Below, piece after piece: positions 1 through 8,795 of a stretch of 64,000 nucleotides of DNA. Source of the DNA: an uncultured Bacteroidales bacterium (GTDB lineage Bacteria > Bacteroidota > Bacteroidia > Bacteroidales > JALTDM01); the NCBI GenBank assembly GCA_964421355.1, contig CAYQWX010000001.1:60673-124672 (forward strand). The letters are read 5' to 3'. Under the pieces are notes generated by a model that saw only the letters and a program-made list of their open reading frames with translations, was not told the DNA's origin and searched no databases. Both the position numbers and the translations under genes were made by a program. The stretch's first letter is position 1. Each line of letters opens with the position of its first letter.

Positions 1-1
1 T

Positions 2-253
2 TATGTAAAAATGATTTATGAACCATTTACGGATGAAGAAATTTCTGATAAAATAGCAGAATTACTCCGTCCTGCAGATATAGAAGCTGATGTAAAGATA
101 GTATATCAAACAGTCGAAGACTTACATAAGGCTATACCTAATCATACTGGAGACTGGTATTTTACAGGTAATTATCCTACTCATGGAGGGAATAAAGTAG
201 TAAACCGTGCTTACATAAACTTTATAGAAAGAAAGATAGAGCGAGCATACTGA
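2..253 (+). CDS. C-terminal end of an unidentified protein; the frame is open to the window edge
   Basis: The frame of ORF 11..253 has no stop back to base 2, and the stop is at 251-253. I could not assign the sequence (..TGDWYFTGNYPTHGGNKVVNRAY..) to a family. Confidence 0.3.
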   Translation, partial: YVKMIYEPFTDEEISDKIAELLRPADIEADVKIVYQTVEDLHKAIPNHTGDWYFTGNYPTHGGNKVVNRAYINFIERKIERAY

Positions 254-311
254 CATTTGTCATTGTATGTAAATAGAAAACATATTTTAATTTATCAAAA
301 ATAAAAATCAA

Positions 312-1292
312 ATGGAAACAGAACCAATAATTGAAAGAGTAGAAAAGTATGCACTTGGATCTTCCGAAAGACCCAAAGCCGATTTTTCCGAAGTAGGTAT
401 AGTCGGTTGTGGTATTACAGGACAAAAACTTGCTATAATAATTGCATCCAGAGGAATAGATGTAATATTTATAGAAGTATCGGAAGAAAAAATCCAACAA
501 GCACTGAAATCAATAGAAGCAGCACTGGAATACAAAGTAAAACGCTGGGGTATTACACCAAGTGAAAAACGGGCAATATTGTCTCGTATAAAAGGCTCTT
601 TAGACTATGCAGACTTAAAAAATTGTGATTTGGTAATAGAATCAATATTATCAGGGAGAAAAGAAGAATCAAAAGAGATAAGAAAAAAACTATTCAAACA
701 AATAGAAGAAAATGTATCTCCTAAAACAATAATTGCCACAAACTCCGCTACCTTGGCTATTACCGAATTGGCATCAGTATTAAAATATAAAAACCGATGT
801 ATCAGTATGCATATATCTACTGCATCTCCTGACTCATCATTGGTAGAAGTGGTAAAAAGTATGTACACCGATGAAAAAGTTTGTGAAAATGTACAAAAAT
901 TTGCAATTCTTCTTGGTAAGTCGTTTGTGAGAGTAGCAGAATCTCCGGGACTAATATCTGTAAGAATTTTTGCACCAATGATAAACGAGGCTTGCGATCT
1001 GCTTGGAGAACGTGTTGCCGATTTGGAAACAATAGATTTTGCATTTAGAAAAAGCATAGGAATATACGAAGGACCATTTGAATTGGCAGACAAAATAGGA
1101 ATAGATAAAGTAGTAAGATGGATGGATAATATGTATGATGAATTCGGTGATTTGAGATACAAAGCTTCACCGATATTGCGACGACTACAAAGAGCAAATC
1201 ACCTTGGAATAAAAACAAGAGTTGGATTTTATAAATATGACGAAAACGGCAAAAAAATAGGTTCTGCCGTAGAATACATTTTTAATTCATAA
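312..1292 (+). CDS. 3-hydroxyacyl-CoA (3-hydroxybutyryl-CoA) dehydrogenase family protein
   Basis: Has a Rossmann motif (VGIVGCGITGQ). Length and C-terminal domain pattern (PGLISVRI..INEA, GPFELADKIG) are typical of the family. Confidence 0.8.
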   Translation: METEPIIERVEKYALGSSERPKADFSEVGIVGCGITGQKLAIIIASRGIDVIFIEVSEEKIQQALKSIEAALEYKVKRWGITPSEKRAILSRIKGSLDYADLKNCDLVIESILSGRKEESKEIRKKLFKQIEENVSPKTIIATNSATLAITELASVLKYKNRCISMHISTASPDSSLVEVVKSMYTDEKVCENVQKFAILLGKSFVRVAESPGLISVRIFAPMINEACDLLGERVADLETIDFAFRKSIGIYEGPFELADKIGIDKVVRWMDNMYDEFGDLRYKASPILRRLQRANHLGIKTRVGFYKYDENGKKIGSAVEYIFNS

Positions 1293-1306
1293 AAAAAAAT
1301 TAAGAA

Positions 1307-2506
1307 ATGAAAGTTTTAGTATTAAACTGTGGTAGCTCATCTATAAAATACCAATTTTATGATATGACTACCACAAAAGTATTAGCAAAAGGGTTGGTAG
1401 AAAAAATAGGAATTAAAGGTTCTCAAATTAAACATACAAAAGAAAATAATCAACAAGTAATTTTCAAAGGAGACATAATAGATCATCAAATAGGTATAGA
1501 ATATGTACTCGGGATATTAAAAAGTGAAAAACACGGCTGCATAAAAAGTATTGATGAAATAGAAGCAGTAGGACACAGAGTAGTACACGGAGGAGAAAAA
1601 TTTAAAGACAGCATACTTATTACCGACGAAGTAATAAAAGAAATAGAAAGTTGTGTAGAACTTGCTCCGTTACATAATCCACCTAACTTAAAAGGAATAT
1701 ATGCAATAAAATCTTTACTCCCGCAAGTGCCTCAGGTAGCAGTATTTGATACGGCATTTCACCAATCTATGCCTGATTATGCATATCATTATGCAATTCC
1801 GTATTCCATGTACGAAATGCATGGGGTAAGAAGATACGGATTCCATGGAACAAGCCATAAATATGTAGCACATCGTGCTTGCGAGATATTAGGTGTTGAT
1901 TATGACTCACAAAAAATAATCACTTGCCACTTGGGTAATGGTGCTTCGGTTGCTGCTATCAAAAATGGTAAATCGGTAGATACCTCAATGGGAATGACTC
2001 CTGTAGAAGGACTTATAATGGGGACAAGGTCGGGAGATTTGGATATAGGTGTTTATAACTTTATTCTCACTAAAGAAAAACTAACACCTCACATAGCTTA
2101 TACTTTGGTAAACAAACACAGCGGATTATTAGGCATATCAGGAATATCAAACGATATGAGGGAGATAGAAATAGCTGCTGAAAACAACAATTATAGAGCA
2201 GATCTTGCGTTAAAAATGTTTGATTATAGGGTGAAAAAATATATAGGTTCATACACTGCAGTTATGAATGGAGTAGATATATTAGTGTTTACAGGAGGAA
2301 TAGGAGAAAATGGTGATGAAAGGCGTATGGGCATATTATCCGAACTCGATTATTTGGGGATAAAGCTTGATGCAAATAAAAACAAAGGATTACGTGGTAA
2401 AGAAGCTGTAATATCGGCAGAAGACTCAAAAGTGAAAATAATGGTTGTGCCGACTAATGAGGAGCTTATGATAGCAAATGACACAACAAAAATCATAAAA
2501 AAATAA
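1307..2506 (+). CDS. ackA: acetate kinase
   Basis: N-terminus MKVLVLNCGSSSIKYQ, internal motifs HRVVHGG and GFHGTSH, C-terminal PTNEELMIA, 399 aa. Confidence 0.95.
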   Translation: MKVLVLNCGSSSIKYQFYDMTTTKVLAKGLVEKIGIKGSQIKHTKENNQQVIFKGDIIDHQIGIEYVLGILKSEKHGCIKSIDEIEAVGHRVVHGGEKFKDSILITDEVIKEIESCVELAPLHNPPNLKGIYAIKSLLPQVPQVAVFDTAFHQSMPDYAYHYAIPYSMYEMHGVRRYGFHGTSHKYVAHRACEILGVDYDSQKIITCHLGNGASVAAIKNGKSVDTSMGMTPVEGLIMGTRSGDLDIGVYNFILTKEKLTPHIAYTLVNKHSGLLGISGISNDMREIEIAAENNNYRADLALKMFDYRVKKYIGSYTAVMNGVDILVFTGGIGENGDERRMGILSELDYLGIKLDANKNKGLRGKEAVISAEDSKVKIMVVPTNEELMIANDTTKIIKK

Positions 2507-2539
2507 ATAATAGCATTTTTACTTTATAACTATTATAAA

Positions 2540-2583
2540 CAAGGGAGTCTTAAAAATAATGAAAGAGACTCCCTGTTTTTTTC
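2540..2583 (+). terminator. intrinsic terminator after ackA
   Basis: Hairpin AGGGAGTCT..AGACTCCCT followed by GTTTTTTT. Confidence 0.6.
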
Positions 2584-2595
2584 TTATAAAAGCAC

Positions 2596-2603
2596 TATCT
2601 TTG
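2596..2603 (+). promoter_or_regulatory. Bacteroidota -7 box (TATCTTTG)
   Basis: Matches TAnnTTTG and lies 17 nt upstream of the ATG at 2620. Confidence 0.45.
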
Positions 2604-2619
2604 TGTTAAATTTAAGGCA

Positions 2620-3195
2620 ATGAAAATAAATAATATAGCTATTCTACTTATTATTTTGATTCTTGTTTCATCAACTATCTTTGGACAAGGACAGCAAAAA
2701 CAAGTCGACAGGTATGGTAAATACAAAAATGGTTGGTCTCTTATAGAAAAAAGAAATAAATACGGATTTATTGATACAAACGGAATAGAAGTTATCACTC
2801 CCAAATATGATAATATATCAAAATTCGGAGAATACAAAAAAGGTTGGGCTTTGGTAGAAAAAAGGAATAAATATGGATTTATTGATACAAATGGTGTAGA
2901 AATTATTTCTCCTAAATATGATAATATATCGAAATTTGGAGAATACAAAAAAGGCTGGGCTTTGGTAGAAAAAAGGAATAAGTACGGATTTATTGATACA
3001 AATGGTGTAGAAGTTATCCCTCCTAAATATGATAATATATCGAAATTTGGAGAATACAAAAAAGGTTGGGCTTTAGTAGAAAAAAAGAATAAATATGGAT
3101 TTATTGATACAAACGGAATAGAAGTTATTCCTCCTAAATATCATGACATATCAAAATTCGGGAAAAACAAAGAAGATGACACTATCAAAAAATAA
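2620..3195 (+). CDS. secreted WG-repeat (KWG-type) protein
   Basis: Signal peptide followed by four or more copies of GWxLVEKxNKYGFIDTNGxEVIxPKYDNISKFGEYKK. Confidence 0.75.
   Translation: MKINNIAILLIILILVSSTIFGQGQQKQVDRYGKYKNGWSLIEKRNKYGFIDTNGIEVITPKYDNISKFGEYKKGWALVEKRNKYGFIDTNGVEIISPKYDNISKFGEYKKGWALVEKRNKYGFIDTNGVEVIPPKYDNISKFGEYKKGWALVEKKNKYGFIDTNGIEVIPPKYHDISKFGKNKEDDTIKK
2731..3174. repeat. tandem 111-bp (37-codon) coding repeats, about 4 copies
   Basis: The units are nearly identical at the DNA level. The copies starting near 2842 and 2953 differ at only a few bases by eye. Confidence 0.85.
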
Positions 3196-3273
3196 TAATT
3201 AGTTGTGAAAAGAAGAAACTGTCCTTTAAAAGTAGTATAAAAGAAATCGGAATATGCTCTCTTATTTTCTCAT

Positions 3274-4659
3274 TTAAGCTTTTTTATACAATCTATTTAT
3301 TTCGTATTTTCCCCATGCAAACCCGATAAAAGATGCTGTAATATTTCCAATAGCTATTCCCCAACATACTCCGGGAAGACCGAAATTAAAAACTATACCT
3401 AATATGTATCCGAAAATTATTTGGAAAATCAATGTCCTCATAATAGTCATCATCAAAGAGTTTTCACCTTTACCGATACCTTGAAACATTGAAGAAGTAA
3501 ACATACCCAGAGGAACAGTTGGCAAGAACAAAACCAATACTCTTAATGTGTAAGTTAAGGACTGAGACAAAACGGAAGTATCTTTACTATACGAAAATAA
3601 AAAAGCTAATTGTTTGGCAAAAATGAAAATCAATATTACAATAATTACCTCAATCATTACACCATACTTAATGCTATATATGTATCCTGTGTTTAATTTT
3701 TTTATATCCTTTGCTCCAAAAGCAGCACCAACTACGGCAGTTACTCCCATAGATATTCCAATAAGAGGCACAAGACCTATCATAATTATTCGCCAAGCAC
3801 TGGTAAATGTTGCTATTCCGTTTTGTCCTGCTACTTTTATAATGATATAATTGATTATAAATATTGCAAAAGCCATTGCCATTTGTGCCAACGAAGCAGG
3901 AACCCCTACTCTTAAAATTTCTTTTATTATTTGCCAATCTATTCTAAACTTATGGAAGTTAAATTCTACATAAGTATTCTTTTTCAAAAATAGCCATCTT
4001 GTAATTATAATACTTGTAACAAATACAGATGCCACTGTTGCCCACGCTGCACCTTTTATTCCCATTTTAAGTACATAAATAAAAATAGGGTCTAATCCTA
4101 TATTAAGAATGGCACTCATTACCATTGCATACATTACTCTTTTAGTATCTCCTTCACCACGCAAAATACCCGAGGCTAAATTGTTGAAAATAAGCAATAT
4201 GGTACTCCATATAATTATATTACCGTAAGCGATAGTATCTTTTACCACCGAAGGATTTGCCCCCATTTTATCAAAAATAGGTTTTAAAAATATTATGCCA
4301 AAAACAGTTAAAATTATTGCAACTCCCAATCCCAATAACAAGGTGTGAATTGCTGCAGAATCTGCTTTTTCTTTATATTTTGCTCCTATTTTGCGGGATA
4401 TGGCAGAACTGCCTCCTACACTAATGCCACTCCCGAACGATATTATTATCATGTACAAGGGAAAAAATAAGCCTATGGCTGCCAACTCACTTGTTCCTAA
4501 TCCTGCTACCCATATCCCGTCACTTATATTGTAAAGTGTTTGAGCCAACATTGCAATCATCATGGGTAATGACAGCCGTCTAATGGCTTTCTCAGGCTCT
4601 CCTAAAATAAGTTTTACACCTTTGGTTTCCTTTCCTATATCTGTAGCGTTATTTGTCAT
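3274..4659 (-). CDS. MATE family efflux transporter
   Basis: 461 aa with about 12 TM segments. The N-terminal pattern (AIRRLSLPMMIAMLAQTLYNISDGIWVAGLG) is typical of MatE proteins. Confidence 0.85.
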   Translation of the reverse strand: MTNNATDIGKETKGVKLILGEPEKAIRRLSLPMMIAMLAQTLYNISDGIWVAGLGTSELAAIGLFFPLYMIIISFGSGISVGGSSAISRKIGAKYKEKADSAAIHTLLLGLGVAIILTVFGIIFLKPIFDKMGANPSVVKDTIAYGNIIIWSTILLIFNNLASGILRGEGDTKRVMYAMVMSAILNIGLDPIFIYVLKMGIKGAAWATVASVFVTSIIITRWLFLKKNTYVEFNFHKFRIDWQIIKEILRVGVPASLAQMAMAFAIFIINYIIIKVAGQNGIATFTSAWRIIMIGLVPLIGISMGVTAVVGAAFGAKDIKKLNTGYIYSIKYGVMIEVIIVILIFIFAKQLAFLFSYSKDTSVLSQSLTYTLRVLVLFLPTVPLGMFTSSMFQGIGKGENSLMMTIMRTLIFQIIFGYILGIVFNFGLPGVCWGIAIGNITASFIGFAWGKYEINRLYKKA

Positions 4660-4964
4660 CTAATTTATTAGAATAATTGACAAAAGTAACATTATTTATC
4701 TTTTTCTTGGTTGCCTTAAAACTACAATAACTATGGAACTTGTTTTCTGACTGTAGTATTTATTTACAGGGTAGGGAGACCTAAGGTTTTATTTCCTTTA
4801 TTCTCTTTGCTACATTACGCTACGCTTTATTCCGCAAAGAGGATTTCTGTAACCCCGAATAAAAGACTAAGTCAAAATTACTTGCTTGTTGCATTTACTA
4901 ATTGAATTTAAGTAATGCCAAAAAATTTTAGCTTTAACATTATTGATAATCTTGACACTATCGG

Positions 4965-5981
4965 TTATTTAAATCCCAATTGTTCTGATAGAGTAAGCAT
5001 TCTTTTAATTGGAATATATGCTTTTTCTATCAATTTTTTGTCCAATACAACTTCAGGTACTTCGTATTTTAATGTTAGGTATAATTTTTCTAAAGTAATA
5101 GTTTTCATAAATTCACAAAAGCCACAACCACAAGTTCCACCACGTAATACATGAAATTTTTTATCAGGACTCTTCTTTTTCATTTGATATATTATTCCTT
5201 CTTCTGTCCCAACTATAAATTCTTTTTTGCTACTTTCCGTTACATATTTAAGTAAAGCGGAAGTAGAACCAATAAAATCTGCAAGCAATAATACTTCTTT
5301 CGGAGATTCCGGATGAGCAATCAATTCTGTATCAGGATATTCCTTTTTCAGATTCTCATAAGTTTCTTTGTTAAATCCGTTGTGTACATGGCAGGCTCCA
5401 TCCCATATGATAAATTCTTCATCCTCTTTGTCTAATAAAGATTTTATGTAATATCCCAGATTCCTATCAGGAGTGAAAATAACTTTTTGTTCAGGGGGTA
5501 AACTTTTTATAAGATAGAAAGCATTAGATGAAGTGCAAACAAGGTCAGACATTGCTTTTATTTTGGCTGAAGTGTTTACATAAGATACAACCATGTGGTC
5601 GGGATATTGTTTTTTTAATTCTGCCAATCCTTCTTCTGTAATAGAATCTGCAAGAGAACAACCTGCATTTATATCAGGTATTAAAACTTTTTTGTCAGGA
5701 GACAATATTTTTGCTGTTTCTGCCATAAAATGAACTCCTGCAAAAACAATTATATCTGCATTAGTTGATGCTGCTTCTTGAGATAATTTTAAACTATCTC
5801 CTAAGAAATCTGCAACATCCTGTATCTCTGGACGCTGGTAGTAATGAGCTAATATTACTGCATTTTTTTCTTTTTTTAATCTTTTTATTTCTTCCGCAAT
5901 GTTTATGTTTTTAAGCTCATCTTCTACATCAAGGAGGTAACCAAGGTTATCTACTATTTGTAAAGCTCTTTCTTTAGTCAT
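4965..5981 (-). CDS. nadA: quinolinate synthase
   Basis: AHYYQRPEIQDVADFLGDSL, VHFMAETAKIL and conserved Cys residues; 338 aa. Confidence 0.9.
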   Translation of the reverse strand: MTKERALQIVDNLGYLLDVEDELKNINIAEEIKRLKKEKNAVILAHYYQRPEIQDVADFLGDSLKLSQEAASTNADIIVFAGVHFMAETAKILSPDKKVLIPDINAGCSLADSITEEGLAELKKQYPDHMVVSYVNTSAKIKAMSDLVCTSSNAFYLIKSLPPEQKVIFTPDRNLGYYIKSLLDKEDEEFIIWDGACHVHNGFNKETYENLKKEYPDTELIAHPESPKEVLLLADFIGSTSALLKYVTESSKKEFIVGTEEGIIYQMKKKSPDKKFHVLRGGTCGCGFCEFMKTITLEKLYLTLKYEVPEVVLDKKLIEKAYIPIKRMLTLSEQLGFK

Positions 5982-6103
5982 GATTTTTTATGTTTAAGTT
6001 ATTTTATATCGCAAACATACTCAAAAAAATATTACTAACCGATACCTACAAACCATTATTTAGTAAAACTGTTGATTGATAAATACATACTTTTTCAAAA
6101 ATA

Positions 6104-6144
6104 AATAAAAAAAGAGGTTGCCACTTAAAATAGGCAACCTCTTT
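6104..6144 (-). terminator. intrinsic terminator after the S1 protease gene
   Basis: Perfect 12-bp stem AAAGAGGTTGCC/GGCAACCTCTTT, followed on the minus strand by a T-run. Confidence 0.7.
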
Positions 6145-6170
6145 ATAATATTTATAAAAAATCTACTTTT

Positions 6171-8621
6171 TTACTTTACAATCAACTTGTGTGTTATTAT
6201 TTCATTATCTGTCTGTAGCATAATGGAGTATATGCCTTGTGGTATCTTTACATTTATTTTTTGGTTAAACAATTTTGAACTTTTTACAAAATCTTTTTCA
6301 TATACCACTTTGCCATCAACACTTACTATTTTTATTTTCATGTTACCATTCCAAGAAGAGGCATATTTAACTTCAAATTCTCCGTTTGTAGGATTTGGAA
6401 AAATAGATAGTATTTCATTATTCTTTATTATTTCCACATCATTATTTTCAGGACATACTATTGGGAAAATAGCAGCTGCAATACTTAATTTCCATGAATC
6501 TTGTTCATTTACTGCATGCCAACTACCATCACTAAATTGTTCCCAAGCTATATTTGGTGAAGAGGCATCACCATTTTTATTACTCATTAAAGCAAGAGTA
6601 TCTCCAGAGCTTGTTGGGAGGATTACTCCCACATAAAAGTTTCCGGATAGGTTTACAACGGGATTAAATGTTACCGGTACCATTTGATTATTGTCAAAGT
6701 ATGTTTTTATATCACTTAATGCCATAGTTGTAGTTGCTATTGCATTTCCTACTGTTCCGTTATTATCTGCCCATACTTTAAATGTTATTTGTGTCCCATT
6801 ACCTCCGTCATTTACTCGTCCAAACCAAAAATATGCAGTTGAAAGTTTTGAAAGTCCTGCCGGCAATTGGAAATATTGAGCTTTAGCTTTATCTCCGTAT
6901 CCATTATTCCCTAATACATATCCATAAGGATTATTATCTTGGTCAACTGCTGTATATAATGTTGAAGAGCCAGATAGTGGATAGTTTAATGTATCACATT
7001 CCTGCACTTGATTAACTACATGTATATAGTTTGTTTTAGTTTCACTATCACTACCATTGGAATTAGATGCAGTAAGAGACACGGTATAATCTCCTACACT
7101 AGTGTATGTATGAGATGGATTTTGCTGAGTAGATGTGCTACCATCTCCGAAGTCCCAACTCCAGGAAGTAGGGTTACCACTGGATAAATCATGGAAACTT
7201 ACCGAACCACCAACTAATACGGTTGTGGGATTTGCAGAGAAATTAGCAGTAGGAGCTACATCTCCACAATAAGTTCCTTGTAAAGTTGTTACACCTGTAT
7301 TGTTTGGATCCAACCAAGGTTTTAATTGTTCGCTCGATGCTGAACCATTTTGGTCCCAATGGAAATACACTCTTCCATAAATATCGTATCCTGTTTGATT
7401 ATCACATCCAGAAGTCCCTCCTGTTAGCGTTCCTATTACTAATCCTGTATTTTTATTAAATAGTGGAGAGCCTGAGGAACCTCCTTCAGTTACACCATGT
7501 CCGTTGGTAGTTTGTTGCCAATATATTCTTATGTGAGTATTGTTGTAATTGCTTAAATTGTAACCGTAAGATATTTTCTTTATATCTCCAGCTGGGTGGT
7601 GTATTCCCACAGCATTTGACGGGATGGTGCTAGTTCTATCCCATCCATTGTAATATGGATTATAACTTTCGGGTACAGAGCTTGTTAGTTTTAATAGCAA
7701 CATGTCTGATGTGGTGCCTGCATTATTGGCTGCATAAGCAATTTTTTCACAGCCTACTACAGTTTGATTTTCCGGACCTGTTGTTCCAGAGCATGTTGCA
7801 GCTTCATAATTAAAATAGAATCTCCAGTAAGGGAAGTCTCCATCTTGAGAATCTTCTGCACAGTGTGCTGCTGATAAAAAATATGGGGTACAATCGTTGT
7901 TTGTGTTATTGATTAATGTACCAGAACAATAACCGTATTGACTGCCTGCTTTTAGTAATATACGGGCCACGCCTCTTTTTTCATCTTGCCAATCATCTCC
8001 TTCGGGAGAACAATTTACATTTACTTCACAAGTTCCTGCGGGTTTTGGAGCTTTCCACAGATAAGAATCTACATTTCTATATATGTAGCCTACATTAAAA
8101 ATAGATAGTTCGGGTTTAAATAATAGTTTGCCAGGTAAGTCCAGTTCAACTATTATGTCATCAGAAACAACCATTCTGGTAGCAAAAGTTTTATCCTCTT
8201 TGTTGTTTTTAGAAGTAAATGCTCCTATTATTTGAGATTTGTCGGCAGAATAAACAAAAAGCTTTGCTCCCATTGGTAAATGGTATTTATCAAAGTCTAA
8301 GATAAGAGCTTCTGCACCTTTGGATTTTATTCTTACTCTCCATATTTTTTCTCCATCGGGAAGCTTAGTCCATTTTCCACTGTTATCTATATTAATTGAT
8401 ACGGGTATTGCTACTCCCGTTCTATAAAATACTCCTTCTTCTGCTCTTTTTACATCATCGGCAAGTAAAGAATCAACATTAGGAGCTTTTAAAGTAATAG
8501 CGGTTAGACTTTTTGTGTCTAAATTAAGCCCTTGAGGTATTCCTTTTTCTTCTATTTGCGAATACCCAATAAGGGTAGTTAATAATATAACTACAATTCC
8601 AGATAGTAATTTTTGTATCAT
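6171..8621 (-). CDS. secreted trypsin-like (S1, lysyl-endopeptidase-like) serine protease with a PKD domain and a T9SS C-terminal sorting domain
   Basis: Signal peptide; catalytic His motif SAAHC; catalytic Ser motif GGSSGSPLF; PKD motif WDFGDGSTS..HTY; C-terminal IFPNPTNGEF...LIVK. Confidence 0.75.
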   Translation of the reverse strand: MIQKLLSGIVVILLTTLIGYSQIEEKGIPQGLNLDTKSLTAITLKAPNVDSLLADDVKRAEEGVFYRTGVAIPVSINIDNSGKWTKLPDGEKIWRVRIKSKGAEALILDFDKYHLPMGAKLFVYSADKSQIIGAFTSKNNKEDKTFATRMVVSDDIIVELDLPGKLLFKPELSIFNVGYIYRNVDSYLWKAPKPAGTCEVNVNCSPEGDDWQDEKRGVARILLKAGSQYGYCSGTLINNTNNDCTPYFLSAAHCAEDSQDGDFPYWRFYFNYEAATCSGTTGPENQTVVGCEKIAYAANNAGTTSDMLLLKLTSSVPESYNPYYNGWDRTSTIPSNAVGIHHPAGDIKKISYGYNLSNYNNTHIRIYWQQTTNGHGVTEGGSSGSPLFNKNTGLVIGTLTGGTSGCDNQTGYDIYGRVYFHWDQNGSASSEQLKPWLDPNNTGVTTLQGTYCGDVAPTANFSANPTTVLVGGSVSFHDLSSGNPTSWSWDFGDGSTSTQQNPSHTYTSVGDYTVSLTASNSNGSDSETKTNYIHVVNQVQECDTLNYPLSGSSTLYTAVDQDNNPYGYVLGNNGYGDKAKAQYFQLPAGLSKLSTAYFWFGRVNDGGNGTQITFKVWADNNGTVGNAIATTTMALSDIKTYFDNNQMVPVTFNPVVNLSGNFYVGVILPTSSGDTLALMSNKNGDASSPNIAWEQFSDGSWHAVNEQDSWKLSIAAAIFPIVCPENNDVEIIKNNEILSIFPNPTNGEFEVKYASSWNGNMKIKIVSVDGKVVYEKDFVKSSKLFNQKINVKIPQGIYSIMLQTDNEIITHKLIVK

Positions 8622-8645
8622 ATTTTTTATTTTTTGGATTTATCA

Positions 8646-8653
8646 CAAAGGTA
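8646..8653 (-). promoter_or_regulatory. -7 box (TACCTTTG on the minus strand)
   Basis: TAnnTTTG, 25 nt upstream of the ATG at 8621. Confidence 0.45.
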
Positions 8654-8795
8654 AAAAAATATTCTTTTGGAATGTTAAAAATTCTCATTTGTGTTTTTTA
8701 AATTAGACTTAACTATTTGTTAATCTAATATTTACAATATTATTTATTATGATTTTTGCATAAGTGAAAAAGATATTTTTGAGGATCTTTGCAAC

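Noticed and set aside
2595-3059. 154-aa antisense ORF with its own internal repeats, opposite the WG-repeat gene
   Set aside because: It simply mirrors the tandem coding repeats on the plus strand. The plus-strand product has a signal peptide and a recognisable WG-repeat motif. The antisense product is low-complexity with no start context.
2731-3174. Regularly spaced repeats considered as a CRISPR array
   Set aside because: The units are contiguous 111-bp coding repeats with no unique spacers, inside an intact ORF. No cas genes are present in the window.
4700-4815. Possible third, degenerate copy of the intergenic element (TTTTCTTGGTTGCC and TTCTCTTTGCTA resemble parts of copy A), upstream of the MATE gene
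   Set aside because: Only two short blocks of about 12 nt match, and their spacing differs (about 95 nt versus 45 nt). In AT-rich DNA this could be chance. A computed alignment is needed.
6118-6636. 172-aa plus-strand ORF, and similar long antisense ORFs (e.g. 19333..19716, 43360..43821, 12502..12810)
   Set aside because: All lie entirely within well-supported genes on the opposite strand. They are hydrophobic or low-complexity, as expected for antisense frames in AT-rich coding DNA.
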